From: an uncultured Candidatus Saccharibacteria bacterium
Lineage (GTDB): Bacteria; Patescibacteriota; Doudnabacteria; UBA920
Direction of reading: 5' to 3'
NCBI GenBank assembly: GCA_964501685.1
Contig: CAZCTL010000001.1
Span: forward strand, 1 to 33,348
DNA length: 33,348 bases
In this document: positions 16,816 to 25,318 of the stretch, piece after piece
How positions within the stretch are numbered: position 1 is the first letter of the stretch
Layout of the letters: each line of letters starts with the position of its first letter
Notes under the pieces: generated by a model
Databases searched by the model: none
Seen by the model: only the letters and a program-made list of their open reading frames with translations
What the model was told of the DNA's origin: nothing
Made by a program: the position numbers and the translations under genes

Positions 16816-19254
16816 ATGGCCAATCAAAAGCTGAATTTAGGCATAACTGGCCTTTCTACTAACAATAACAATTTATTATTGCCAGACGGTGCGGTATTAT
16901 CTGCGACCAACATGAACATAGATAGAAAAATAGCCGAGATTCGCAGAGGCTTCGACAGGCATAGTTCTACAACAAATATTCGAAGAATGTACGAATACCA
17001 AAATATACCCATTGCCTGGAAGACCAACAACACTTTGAACTATTATAGCTCTGGTTGGACATCTTTAGGCAGTGTTACTCCTCCTACCAACCAAACTATA
17101 AAATTTCAAGAGGTAAATCAAAACCTATATTTTACCACTAGCACTGGCGTAAAAGTAATTGATGCATACAATGGAAGTATTTACAGCACGGGCATGCCAA
17201 AAGGTCTGGATGGTACGGCTGCAACTACTGGAGCCGCTGGCTTCATGACTACCAATACCCAAGTAGCCTACCGAGTAGTATGGGGCTCTAGAGATGCAAC
17301 AAAAAACCTTTACTTAGGCAGCCCCGGTCAACGTATATTGGCTACAAATACCTCTGGCGGCGACCGAGACGTTTCATTAACTTTTACTATTCCAGCGGGG
17401 ATAACCACTTCTGATTTTTTTCAGGTTTATAGAAGTAGAATGTCGGCTTCGTCTAGTACGGAGCCAGATGATGAAATGCAGTTAGTTTATGAAACAAATC
17501 CAACAGCTGGTGAAATAACCGCTAAAAGTATTACATACACCGATGCTACTTCGGATACTTTAAAAGGCGCTTATCTGTATACAAATGCGAACCAAGAAGG
17601 CATATCAGAGACGAATGACGAACCTCCAATGTGCAATGATATTGCTACATTCAAAGGATTTACGTTTTTTGCTGGAATAAAGACTAAATATAGTATTTCT
17701 GCAAACCTATTAGCAACTGGAGGCTCTGGGCTAGTAGCAGACGACACTATCACCATAAATGGCATGGTATTTACAGCTAAGGCAGCAACTACAGTAGCTA
17801 GCCGAGAGTTTAAAGTGTTCACAGCCGGGTCAGCAGCTCAGAACATTGATGATACTGCCAGAGAACTTGTCAAAGTAATAAACCAATATGCTTCAAACAC
17901 AACAATTTATGCCTACTATGTAACTGGATATGCGGACCTACCAGGCCAAATGGTCTTTGTAGAAAGAAGTTTATCGTCATCTGCTTTTACAGTTTCAGTA
18001 TCTCGCGCAGTTGCCTGGGACATTGATAATGCTGGTACTTCTACTAACAGTGACTACCAAGCTGGTCTTATGTGGTCTAAAATACAGCAGCCAGAGCATG
18101 TCCCTACTTCCCACTTGGAACAAATAGGTAGCAAAAGCTTTCCAATACGAAAGCTGGCAGCTTTAAAAGAAGCGTTGTTTATTTTAAAAGATGATGGAGT
18201 TTTTAGACTTACTGGTAACGATGGCAAATGGGTTATAGAAACACTAGATAGTTCTACAGCCATTATTGCTCCAGATTCTATGGCCGTCATGAATAATCAG
18301 GTTTTCTGTCTATCTAACCAAGGGGTAATAACAATAACAGATACTGGCGTAGCAGTCATAGGCGAGGATATAAAAGACTCTATTCAAGAGTTAATTGGTC
18401 AATCTTACACTAACTTGCAAACACTGACTTTTGGCGTTGCTTATCATACCGACCGAAAATACATATTAAGTAGTATTTCTAACTCCTCTGATACAACTAC
18501 CACACAACAGTGGATATACAATGTATTTACTAGCAAATGGTCCAGGTGGGAAAAAGATGCTACTTGTGGCTTTGTGTCTACAGTAACCGATAAACTTTGG
18601 TTAGCAGACACAACACAAATGCTCACAGAGCGTAAAACATTTACTACAAATGACTATATAGATGAGGACTTAGACGGCTATTCCGTGGTGTCTTTCTCAG
18701 GCACTTCTGTGGTATTAAATAGTACGTCCGGACTAACTGTAGGAGATTTGCTATATACCGACTCCGTAGAAAACAGTCCTATAATCTCCATAAACGGAGC
18801 GACTTCGACTGTGACTACTCTAACCGCTAGAACATGGACCATTGGTGCAGTATACGTAAAAAAAGCAATAGAATGCGACATAGAATGGGCACCACAATAT
18901 TGTGATAATTCTGGCCTGGAGAAGACATTTACACAACTTTTGTTAATGTTTAAAAATAATAATTTTTCTACAGCTTATGTAGACTTTTATACCGATACAA
19001 ACGGAGGCTGGGAGTCAGTTGCTGTCGAAGGCCATTACGGCCAGTCAGCTTGGGGCGGTTTTGCCTGGGGACTTATACCTTGGGGAGGCTTACGCAGGTC
19101 TTCTCCAACCCGAGTAAGCGTACCAAGAAACAAAGCCAGAGGGCAGCTACTAGGAATGCGATTTAGGTGTCGGGTTGCACTGTCTTACTTCAGTATCGAA
19201 GGTGCTAGTTTGCATTTTGACTCAGTCAGCGAAAGACAAGGAACAAGAACATGA
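16816..19254 (+). CDS. putative tail nozzle / tail tubular protein B-like
   Basis: An 812-aa beta-rich protein of about the size of T7 gp12 (about 794 aa), in a similar position. No motif confirms the call. Confidence 0.5.
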   Translation: MANQKLNLGITGLSTNNNNLLLPDGAVLSATNMNIDRKIAEIRRGFDRHSSTTNIRRMYEYQNIPIAWKTNNTLNYYSSGWTSLGSVTPPTNQTIKFQEVNQNLYFTTSTGVKVIDAYNGSIYSTGMPKGLDGTAATTGAAGFMTTNTQVAYRVVWGSRDATKNLYLGSPGQRILATNTSGGDRDVSLTFTIPAGITTSDFFQVYRSRMSASSSTEPDDEMQLVYETNPTAGEITAKSITYTDATSDTLKGAYLYTNANQEGISETNDEPPMCNDIATFKGFTFFAGIKTKYSISANLLATGGSGLVADDTITINGMVFTAKAATTVASREFKVFTAGSAAQNIDDTARELVKVINQYASNTTIYAYYVTGYADLPGQMVFVERSLSSSAFTVSVSRAVAWDIDNAGTSTNSDYQAGLMWSKIQQPEHVPTSHLEQIGSKSFPIRKLAALKEALFILKDDGVFRLTGNDGKWVIETLDSSTAIIAPDSMAVMNNQVFCLSNQGVITITDTGVAVIGEDIKDSIQELIGQSYTNLQTLTFGVAYHTDRKYILSSISNSSDTTTTQQWIYNVFTSKWSRWEKDATCGFVSTVTDKLWLADTTQMLTERKTFTTNDYIDEDLDGYSVVSFSGTSVVLNSTSGLTVGDLLYTDSVENSPIISINGATSTVTTLTARTWTIGAVYVKKAIECDIEWAPQYCDNSGLEKTFTQLLLMFKNNNFSTAYVDFYTDTNGGWESVAVEGHYGQSAWGGFAWGLIPWGGLRRSSPTRVSVPRNKARGQLLGMRFRCRVALSYFSIEGASLHFDSVSERQGTRT

Positions 19255-19643
19255 AATTAAGTGTTCAAAAGTTTTCAGTAGAGCAGTTTCAAGACCAAAA
19301 GTCTTGGATAGATAAGTTATTTGGTCCCTTGAATAACTTTATGTCCCAGGTATATGCCGGCCTTAATAATCAGTTAACAGTTGCTGATAACCTATTTATG
19401 GAAATAAAAAGTATTGTGGTGCTAAACGAGACTACTAATTTTCCTGTTAAATTTAAAACAAAATACAATAAATACCCAGAAATGGTAGTTGTAGGTACAT
19501 GTATTGACTCAGATGGGCTTTATAGCTCTGTGCACCCATTGATAACTTGGACCTTTTCAGACCAGGTTCTAAGTATACAATCTATTTCTGGCCTAACCGC
19601 AAGTAAAAAATATACCCTAAAATTGTTAATAATTTACGAATAA
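19251..19643 (+). CDS. virion protein, function unknown
   Basis: ATGA overlap with the upstream gene. At 130 aa, its position resembles that of the small internal virion protein of T7-like phages. Confidence 0.55.
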   Translation: MKLSVQKFSVEQFQDQKSWIDKLFGPLNNFMSQVYAGLNNQLTVADNLFMEIKSIVVLNETTNFPVKFKTKYNKYPEMVVVGTCIDSDGLYSSVHPLITWTFSDQVLSIQSISGLTASKKYTLKLLIIYE

Positions 19644-19684
19644 ATAAACAACACGTATAGGGGACTCGACCTTAAGGAATAAAA

Positions 19685-21166
19685 ATGCCATATATTAACC
19701 AGCCAGATGATGAAGAATTAAAAAAGCAGCAAGAAGCCCAATCTGGCGCTCCCACCAACATTTCTGGACAGTCTGCAATATTAAGTACAGAGGCTCCTTC
19801 CAAAATGGGCGGTGCCAAGGATTCTGGCTCTTTTACCAATTTAAATCAATATTTAGAGGCTAACAAAGAAAACGCCGGCCAAATGGGTACTAAAATCGCC
19901 TCTGATATTACAGGCCAGGGGCAAGCTACTAGAACAGGCATACAAGACACTTCTACCGAGTTTAACCAACTAGCTGACCAAGGAACCTTGGCTGGTCTGG
20001 ATAAAGCCCCAGAGGAAGCTAGAAATATAGTCCAGCAGGCTAGAACTGGTGCCAAAAATGCCCAAATCGACCAAAATCAAATGTCTAGGTTTGGGGAAAT
20101 TGCAAACGCTCAATATAAAGGTCCTCAGGACCTAACCGGCACAACTAAGTATGCTAACACTGCCCAACAATACGAAAAAGCACAACAAGCAGCTAAAAAC
20201 GCCTCTTCGGATGAAGGCCGTTTTAGTCTGCTGAAAGACGCCTATGCTAGGCCTACTTACTCCCAAGGTCAGCAAAACCTGGATAATTTACTTCTAACTG
20301 GAAACCAAGGCGCCAAAGCAAATATTCAAGCGGCGGCTACCGGGCTTAATGACCTATCCGGCCTGTGGAGTGGCGCTCAAAGTAATGCAGCTCAATTGGC
20401 AGCTCAAAGGCAGGCTGCTACTAACGCGGCTAGAGAAGGCAGTAGAGCAAATGCTCTAGAGGCTAGAACAGGTAGAAACACAGAAGTACAATCGGACCTA
20501 GCTAACCAGCAAGCAAACTGGGCCAATGAATATAATCAGTACAAAGACTTACTAGGTGCCTATAAAGGCGGGGACTTAAATCTCACTAGAGCACAAGCTG
20601 ATAGACTTGCCTTAAATGATTCTGGCCAAGGTATTTATAATCTTCTGAATGGCACACAACCAGAAAGTTATTTAGACCTTAAAGCCTTCGATGCAAATAA
20701 AGTAGTCTCTCAAGACCAGTTTGCTCAGTTACGGGCCTTAGACCAACTATCTTCTCAGTTTGGAAATCCAGCACTAAGTCAATTTACTGATGAAAGCCAA
20801 GCTGGAACATTAAATGCACAAAATGCATTTGATGCCTCTGGTTTTGGCCGTGCAGCTACAAATGCAAACGAAGCTTTCGCTCAGTATGCAAGGGAAAACC
20901 GAGGAGAAGGCTACGGAACTAAAACAGAGTCTAGAAATGAAGGCAGGGCCGCTCAGGTTAACATGCTTGCTTCTCAGGCTCTAGCAGATTACTTAGGTGG
21001 AAAAGGAAATGTTGCAACTCAAATGCTAGGGTCTGAGCAACTTGACACAGCGGAAGGACGACGTAGTTATGACGCCGCTATGGCTTCCGCTAAAGCTGCA
21101 ATGTACGAACGGCTTCAGGCAATGCTAAATGAACAAGGTTATCAAAACAGAGTAAGGGTGAAATAA
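19685..21166 (+). CDS. Q/A/N-rich internal virion (ejection) protein candidate
   Basis: Low-complexity composition with no TM segment. It sits between the nozzle-like gene and the end of the late operon. Confidence 0.5.
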   Translation: MPYINQPDDEELKKQQEAQSGAPTNISGQSAILSTEAPSKMGGAKDSGSFTNLNQYLEANKENAGQMGTKIASDITGQGQATRTGIQDTSTEFNQLADQGTLAGLDKAPEEARNIVQQARTGAKNAQIDQNQMSRFGEIANAQYKGPQDLTGTTKYANTAQQYEKAQQAAKNASSDEGRFSLLKDAYARPTYSQGQQNLDNLLLTGNQGAKANIQAAATGLNDLSGLWSGAQSNAAQLAAQRQAATNAAREGSRANALEARTGRNTEVQSDLANQQANWANEYNQYKDLLGAYKGGDLNLTRAQADRLALNDSGQGIYNLLNGTQPESYLDLKAFDANKVVSQDQFAQLRALDQLSSQFGNPALSQFTDESQAGTLNAQNAFDASGFGRAATNANEAFAQYARENRGEGYGTKTESRNEGRAAQVNMLASQALADYLGGKGNVATQMLGSEQLDTAEGRRSYDAAMASAKAAMYERLQAMLNEQGYQNRVRVK

Positions 21167-21167
21167 C

Positions 21168-22172
21168 ATGAGTAAAACTAATTCGGCAATTTCAGGAGCC
21201 GCTAGCGGTGCCGCAGCAGGAAGTAGTATTATGCCTGGTTGGGGCACTGCAATCGGCGGAGTTCTCGGTGGCCTTGCTGGTTATATGGGTGGGAAAGATG
21301 ATGAAAGCGGCAGTCTATATGAACAAGCGCTGAAAGCCGCTCAAAGCATTCCACTTCCGATGCTCAGAGAACAACATCCTGAAATGTACGCTGAGTTGGC
21401 AAAATATAACCCAGAAATGGACCAGGCTATCAACCTAGGTCCTTCGGCCATGGAAGGTATTGCATTAGACCCGCAAATGCGACAAGCTCAAATGCAAGCT
21501 CTAAGTAAACTTCAAAATATAACTGCTAACGACGGCCAAGATGCTCAGTCTATGGCAGACAACGCAAGACTACAAAACGATATTAATTCACAACTACAAG
21601 GCAATACCGGCGCCATTCAGCAGAATATGGCCACAAGAGGGCTTAGTGGTGGCATGAGTGAACTAGTCGCTAAACAAATGGCTGCTCAACAAGGTGCCAA
21701 TAGACAAGCCCAAATGGGCATGGACATCAATGCTCAAGCGCAACAAAGAGCTCTTTCAGCCTTGGCACAACAAGGACAACTTGGTGGCCAAATTAGCCAA
21801 CAAGATTTCAGCCAACAATCTGCGAAAGCTCAAGCAGCCGATGCGATTTCTCAGTTCAATGCGAGAAATTCTCAGGCTATACAAAGTGGGAACGTAGGCG
21901 CTAGAAATGCAGCTCAAGCGGCTAATTTGCAAAACGCTCAGAACATATACAATCAAAATGTAGACAAACGAAACACCGCAGCAGAATGGAATACCAGCGG
22001 AATGGCTCAAGCTAACTTCGGCAATCAAATGCAACGAGTTGGCATGGGAAATCAAGCTCTCGGTAACATGGCTAGTAACAGTGCCAGACAGGCTCAGAGC
22101 CAAGACCAGTTTATTGGTGGAGTCGCAGACTCAGTTGCTAAATTCGGCGCTCGCAAGAAAAAAGAGGAGTAG
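21168..22172 (+). CDS. Q/N-rich internal virion protein candidate with N-terminal glycine-zipper segment
   Basis: N-terminus AISGAASGAAAGSSIMPGWGTAIGGVLGGLAGYMGG is followed by very Q/N/A-rich sequence. Confidence 0.5.
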   Translation: MSKTNSAISGAASGAAAGSSIMPGWGTAIGGVLGGLAGYMGGKDDESGSLYEQALKAAQSIPLPMLREQHPEMYAELAKYNPEMDQAINLGPSAMEGIALDPQMRQAQMQALSKLQNITANDGQDAQSMADNARLQNDINSQLQGNTGAIQQNMATRGLSGGMSELVAKQMAAQQGANRQAQMGMDINAQAQQRALSALAQQGQLGGQISQQDFSQQSAKAQAADAISQFNARNSQAIQSGNVGARNAAQAANLQNAQNIYNQNVDKRNTAAEWNTSGMAQANFGNQMQRVGMGNQALGNMASNSARQAQSQDQFIGGVADSVAKFGARKKKEE

Positions 22173-22174
22173 AA

Positions 22175-23287
22175 ATGGGAAAGTTTTTCAATAGTGTTAC
22201 TGGTCAAATGGAAGACGACGGTAAAGGTGGCATGGACTTTTCAAACATGTTTGCCATGCCTACTGGTATTCCCGAGCAGCCTGGACCAACAACTCCTGCA
22301 CCTTCTACTCAAAAGCAAATGGACCCTGTTGTTGCTCAGTATTTGCAACAAAAAATGCAGCCCACACCACCAAGTGTGCAGCCTCCACCTCCTATGGTCG
22401 AAGACCAATTTAGTCCTGACAAATATAAGCAAGCGTTGGCTAAGTCTCAATCAGAACAGGACAATACTTCGCTCGCCCAAATGGCATCTGGCATTGGAGC
22501 AGCACTTGCTGGCCGAGACCCAGGTTCTGTCGACAGTTACTACAAAGACCTTCGTGGTGAAATAAAAGATAAAAACATTGGGGAGTTTAACAGGCAAAAA
22601 GCAGCTCAAAGTTCTGACCCTAACAGTCAGAGGTCTATCTCATTTCGAAAACTTGTTGAATCAACCATGCCCAATATTGCTAAAGCCTATGGACCAAAAT
22701 GGAACATGGTCACAGAAGAAGATGGCAAAAATATTCTAAATTTTGGTTCTATGCGAGAAAATATTGAAGCTAGAAAACAACAAGCACAGATTCTCATGGG
22801 GCAGAAAAAAGATGAGTTAGCAAGAAGAAACTCACCAGAAGAACGAATTAAGAATCTGTCTGGAACCGATAAAGCTAGGTTTGACAACGCACGAATGGCT
22901 GCGCAAGCCTTGGACGAGATGGATGCTGCACTAGCGGCTGGTGATAATACTTTTTCGCTTATTGGCGATAGCGCCTATACAGCAGCCGCCCGTAGAGCAA
23001 CAGAAGCTTATGGACGTATGCAATCAGGTGGAGCGATAAACAAAGAAGAAGAATCCCGTTTTGAGAAGACGCTTCCAAGACCCACCGACTCCGCAGAGAT
23101 TCAAAGAAAGAAGCTTGTAAAACAAAAACAAGAAATGGTATCTAGGTTGAAAACCCTTGGATTCACGCCCGAGCAAGCAGATATAAAAACACAGGATTAC
23201 CAGTATGGTAAGCCACAAAAGCCTAAAATGGTTGTTCAAGATGGGCACACATACACCCTGAATGAACAGACTGGTGAGTATGAATAA
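22175..23287 (+). CDS. internal virion protein candidate
   Basis: GAGGAG SD present. A Pro/Gln-rich N-terminus is followed by a charged helical region. The call rests on position. Confidence 0.5.
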   Translation: MGKFFNSVTGQMEDDGKGGMDFSNMFAMPTGIPEQPGPTTPAPSTQKQMDPVVAQYLQQKMQPTPPSVQPPPPMVEDQFSPDKYKQALAKSQSEQDNTSLAQMASGIGAALAGRDPGSVDSYYKDLRGEIKDKNIGEFNRQKAAQSSDPNSQRSISFRKLVESTMPNIAKAYGPKWNMVTEEDGKNILNFGSMRENIEARKQQAQILMGQKKDELARRNSPEERIKNLSGTDKARFDNARMAAQALDEMDAALAAGDNTFSLIGDSAYTAAARRATEAYGRMQSGGAINKEEESRFEKTLPRPTDSAEIQRKKLVKQKQEMVSRLKTLGFTPEQADIKTQDYQYGKPQKPKMVVQDGHTYTLNEQTGEYE

Positions 23288-24725
23288 ACCTAAATTTGAC
23301 CCTAGTAAATCTTTTGAGGCGGCTGGAGCAACTAAGCCTAAATTTGACCCGAATAAGCCATTTGATGCACCAAAGGTGCCTTCGCAGCTTGAATCAAGCC
23401 TGCGAGGCGCTGCGCAGGGAGCTTTTTTTGGTTTTGCAGATGAGGCTACAGCAGCAGCTGAAGCTTTATTTTCTGATAAATCTTATGACCAGGCCAGAGA
23501 TGAGTCTAGGGCTGCATATGATGCAGCTCAGGCCGCAAACCCTGCTACGTTTATGGCCGGAAACATAGGAGGTTCTTTAGCTACTTCATTCATACCTGGC
23601 TTAGGTGTTTTAAACGCAGCTAAAGGAGCTACCACAGCTGGAAGAGTGGGATTAGCAGCTGCACAAGGCGGATTATCTGCACTCGGAAGTTCAAAAGCCG
23701 ACAACGCACTAGAAATGGCCAAAGACACTGCAATAGGCGGAGCAACTGGAGCAGCTTTTCAAGGTATCGGGGAAAAAGTAATCGGTCCCTTAATGTCTAA
23801 AGCTGGAGGAGCTTTTAAATCTTCCGCTGAAAAATTAGCTGAGAGGGCAACCGGAGCCACAGGCGCACAAGCTGCAAAGTTCCAGACAGGGGCGGGGCGA
23901 GAACTACTAGATAGAGGACTGGTCAAATTTGGAGATACACCTGCAAATATTGCCCAACGTGCGGGAGCTGCAAAAGACGCTGCTGGAGACATTGTATCCT
24001 CTAAATTAAAGCAACTAGACTCCATGGGGGTAGAAGCTTCGGTAGACGATATTGTAAACGCATTGCAAACCAAAGTCGCAGAACTAAAGAAAGTTGATGG
24101 AAATCAAGCGACAATCCGACAAATTGAAAATGCGATTGAAGAAATGTATGAGCGCGGAGTAAGCAAGACGCCTATTTCCTTAGCTGAGGAAGCAAAAAGA
24201 AATTTCCAAAGTCAAGTGAACTATTTTAGTCCTGAATTTGAAAAAAAAGGCGCTACGTCAGTTGCAGATGCGTATCGACGGGAAGTTGAGAAAAAAGCTG
24301 CCCAAGCCAGTCCCGAAATGGCCAAGGCATTCACAGATGCTAAAAAAACCTATGGACTGCTTAGCCCTATACAAGAAGCCGCAGAAAAGCGAGCTATGCA
24401 ACAAGGCTTTTCCCCTGTGGGAGGGCTATCGGACATGGCAGCCGCGGGCGTTGGCGGGGGCATAGGCGGCCCAATCGGAGCAGCCGCTGGGCTAGGTATA
24501 AAACATGTTATTGCACCTAGAATAGCCTCTATGGCCGCTGTTACAACAGATGTGGTCGCTAAAACACTACTTAAGAATCCTCAAGCTTTTGGTAAGTGGT
24601 CAGGAGCTTTGGGTAGTGCCGCCGCCCGAGGCCAAGACGCTTTTAACGTAACACACCACCTGCTACAACAAACGGATGAGGGATATCGCCAACTTATGCG
24701 TAAAATGGGCGAGGAGGGGCAATGA
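23280..24725 (+). CDS. internal virion protein candidate (Ala/Gly-rich)
   Basis: ATG at 23280 gives an 8-nt overlap with the upstream gene. There is an N-terminal duplication KPKFDPSKSFEAAGATKPKFDPNKPFDAPK and a Gly-rich hydrophobic stretch AAAGVGGGIGGPIGAAAGLGI. Confidence 0.5.
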   Translation: MNKPKFDPSKSFEAAGATKPKFDPNKPFDAPKVPSQLESSLRGAAQGAFFGFADEATAAAEALFSDKSYDQARDESRAAYDAAQAANPATFMAGNIGGSLATSFIPGLGVLNAAKGATTAGRVGLAAAQGGLSALGSSKADNALEMAKDTAIGGATGAAFQGIGEKVIGPLMSKAGGAFKSSAEKLAERATGATGAQAAKFQTGAGRELLDRGLVKFGDTPANIAQRAGAAKDAAGDIVSSKLKQLDSMGVEASVDDIVNALQTKVAELKKVDGNQATIRQIENAIEEMYERGVSKTPISLAEEAKRNFQSQVNYFSPEFEKKGATSVADAYRREVEKKAAQASPEMAKAFTDAKKTYGLLSPIQEAAEKRAMQQGFSPVGGLSDMAAAGVGGGIGGPIGAAAGLGIKHVIAPRIASMAAVTTDVVAKTLLKNPQAFGKWSGALGSAAARGQDAFNVTHHLLQQTDEGYRQLMRKMGEEGQ

Positions 24726-24955
24726 GTGAAGCTAAAATAGACAAAATACTTGAAAAAATACATTCCATTGATATTACCCTGGCCAGGAACACCGCCAGCC
24801 TCGAAGTCCATATGAGGCGTACAGACCTGCTGGAGAAGAGGCTGGAGCCAGTTGAAAACCATGTGAGCCTGATAAACGCAAGCTTTAAGGTCTTTGGGGC
24901 CATTGGGGCCGTTATTGGCATAGCGGTAACCCTTTATAAAATCTGGCAACCTTAG
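24722..24955 (+). CDS. tail-anchored membrane protein (XhlA-like architecture), holin/lysis-accessory candidate
   Basis: ATGA overlap with the upstream gene. An N-terminal coiled-coil region is followed by a single C-terminal TM segment FKVFGAIGAVIGIAVTLY. It is the last gene of the late operon. Confidence 0.55.
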   Translation: MSEAKIDKILEKIHSIDITLARNTASLEVHMRRTDLLEKRLEPVENHVSLINASFKVFGAIGAVIGIAVTLYKIWQP

Positions 24956-24988
24956 TGCCTTTTCGCTCGTTTAAATAGCATCGCCTGT

Positions 24989-25010
24989 TTGTATATACAA
25001 TGTGTATACA
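24989..25010. repeat. palindrome cluster TTGTATATACAA plus TATACA-N3-TGTATA
   Basis: A perfect 12-bp palindrome lies at 24989-25000. An inverted repeat spans 24994-24999 and 25003-25008. The 11-mer ATGTGTATACA (25000-25010) recurs at 25196-25206. Confidence 0.85.
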
Positions 25011-25079
25011 TAAAATGCATCATAAGCACTGTTTATGTTGATATATAAGTCACCAAACATTAAAATCTAGTAGACGCCA

Positions 25080-25107
25080 GTCACAAAAACTATCTACTAT
25101 TTGTGAC
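25080..25107. repeat. 8-bp inverted repeat GTCACAAA / TTTGTGAC with 12-nt spacer
   Basis: Read directly from the sequence. The spacer contains TCTACTA, which is complementary to TAGTAGA at 25070-25076. Confidence 0.7.
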
Positions 25108-25184
25108 AAGCAGCTACCTGTGTATTCAAAAAGCGTATTCTAGACCCTTCTCCTATATATATATTTTAATTGTTAATATAATAA

Positions 25185-25207
25185 GTATACAGCTTATGTG
25201 TATACAC
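25185..25207. repeat. inverted repeat GTATACA-N7-TGTATAC, including the 10-bp palindrome GTGTATACAC
   Basis: Arms lie at 25185-25191 and 25199-25205. The perfect palindrome spans 25198-25207. Confidence 0.85.
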
Positions 25208-25261
25208 TAATCAGAACCATCACTTATCTACCTATTTTCCGCAGCTTCTATTTTTTTGTTA

Positions 25262-25290
25262 TTGACAAAAGCTGTATTCCTACTTATTCT
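25262..25290 (+). promoter_or_regulatory. sigma70-like promoter for the early/replication operon
   Basis: TTGACA (25262-25267), a 17-nt spacer, then TATTCT (25285-25290). It lies about 30 nt upstream of the AGGAGG and GTG of the helicase gene. A TGTATTC motif sits in the spacer. Confidence 0.55.
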
Positions 25291-25318
25291 CTAAAGAAAT
25301 CAACAACAGGAGGTATAT

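Larger units (their letters stand above)
24956..25318. promoter_or_regulatory. 363-bp non-coding control region (candidate early promoter/operators, origin or genome terminus)
   Basis: This is the longest gap in the window. It holds seven TGTAT(A/T)C-type motifs, three palindromes and a 31-nt stretch (25154-25184) that is A/T except for one G. It lies between the end of the late operon and the helicase gene. Confidence 0.6.

Noticed and set aside
22194-22565. 123-aa alternate-frame + strand ORF inside the internal-virion gene; similar nested ORFs at 12450-12656, 13690-13878, 21694-21897, 23296-23568 and 24238-24465.
   Set aside because: They are fully nested in longer ORFs with better start contexts. 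They have Leu/Ser/Cys-rich composition typical of off-frame translation and no SD.
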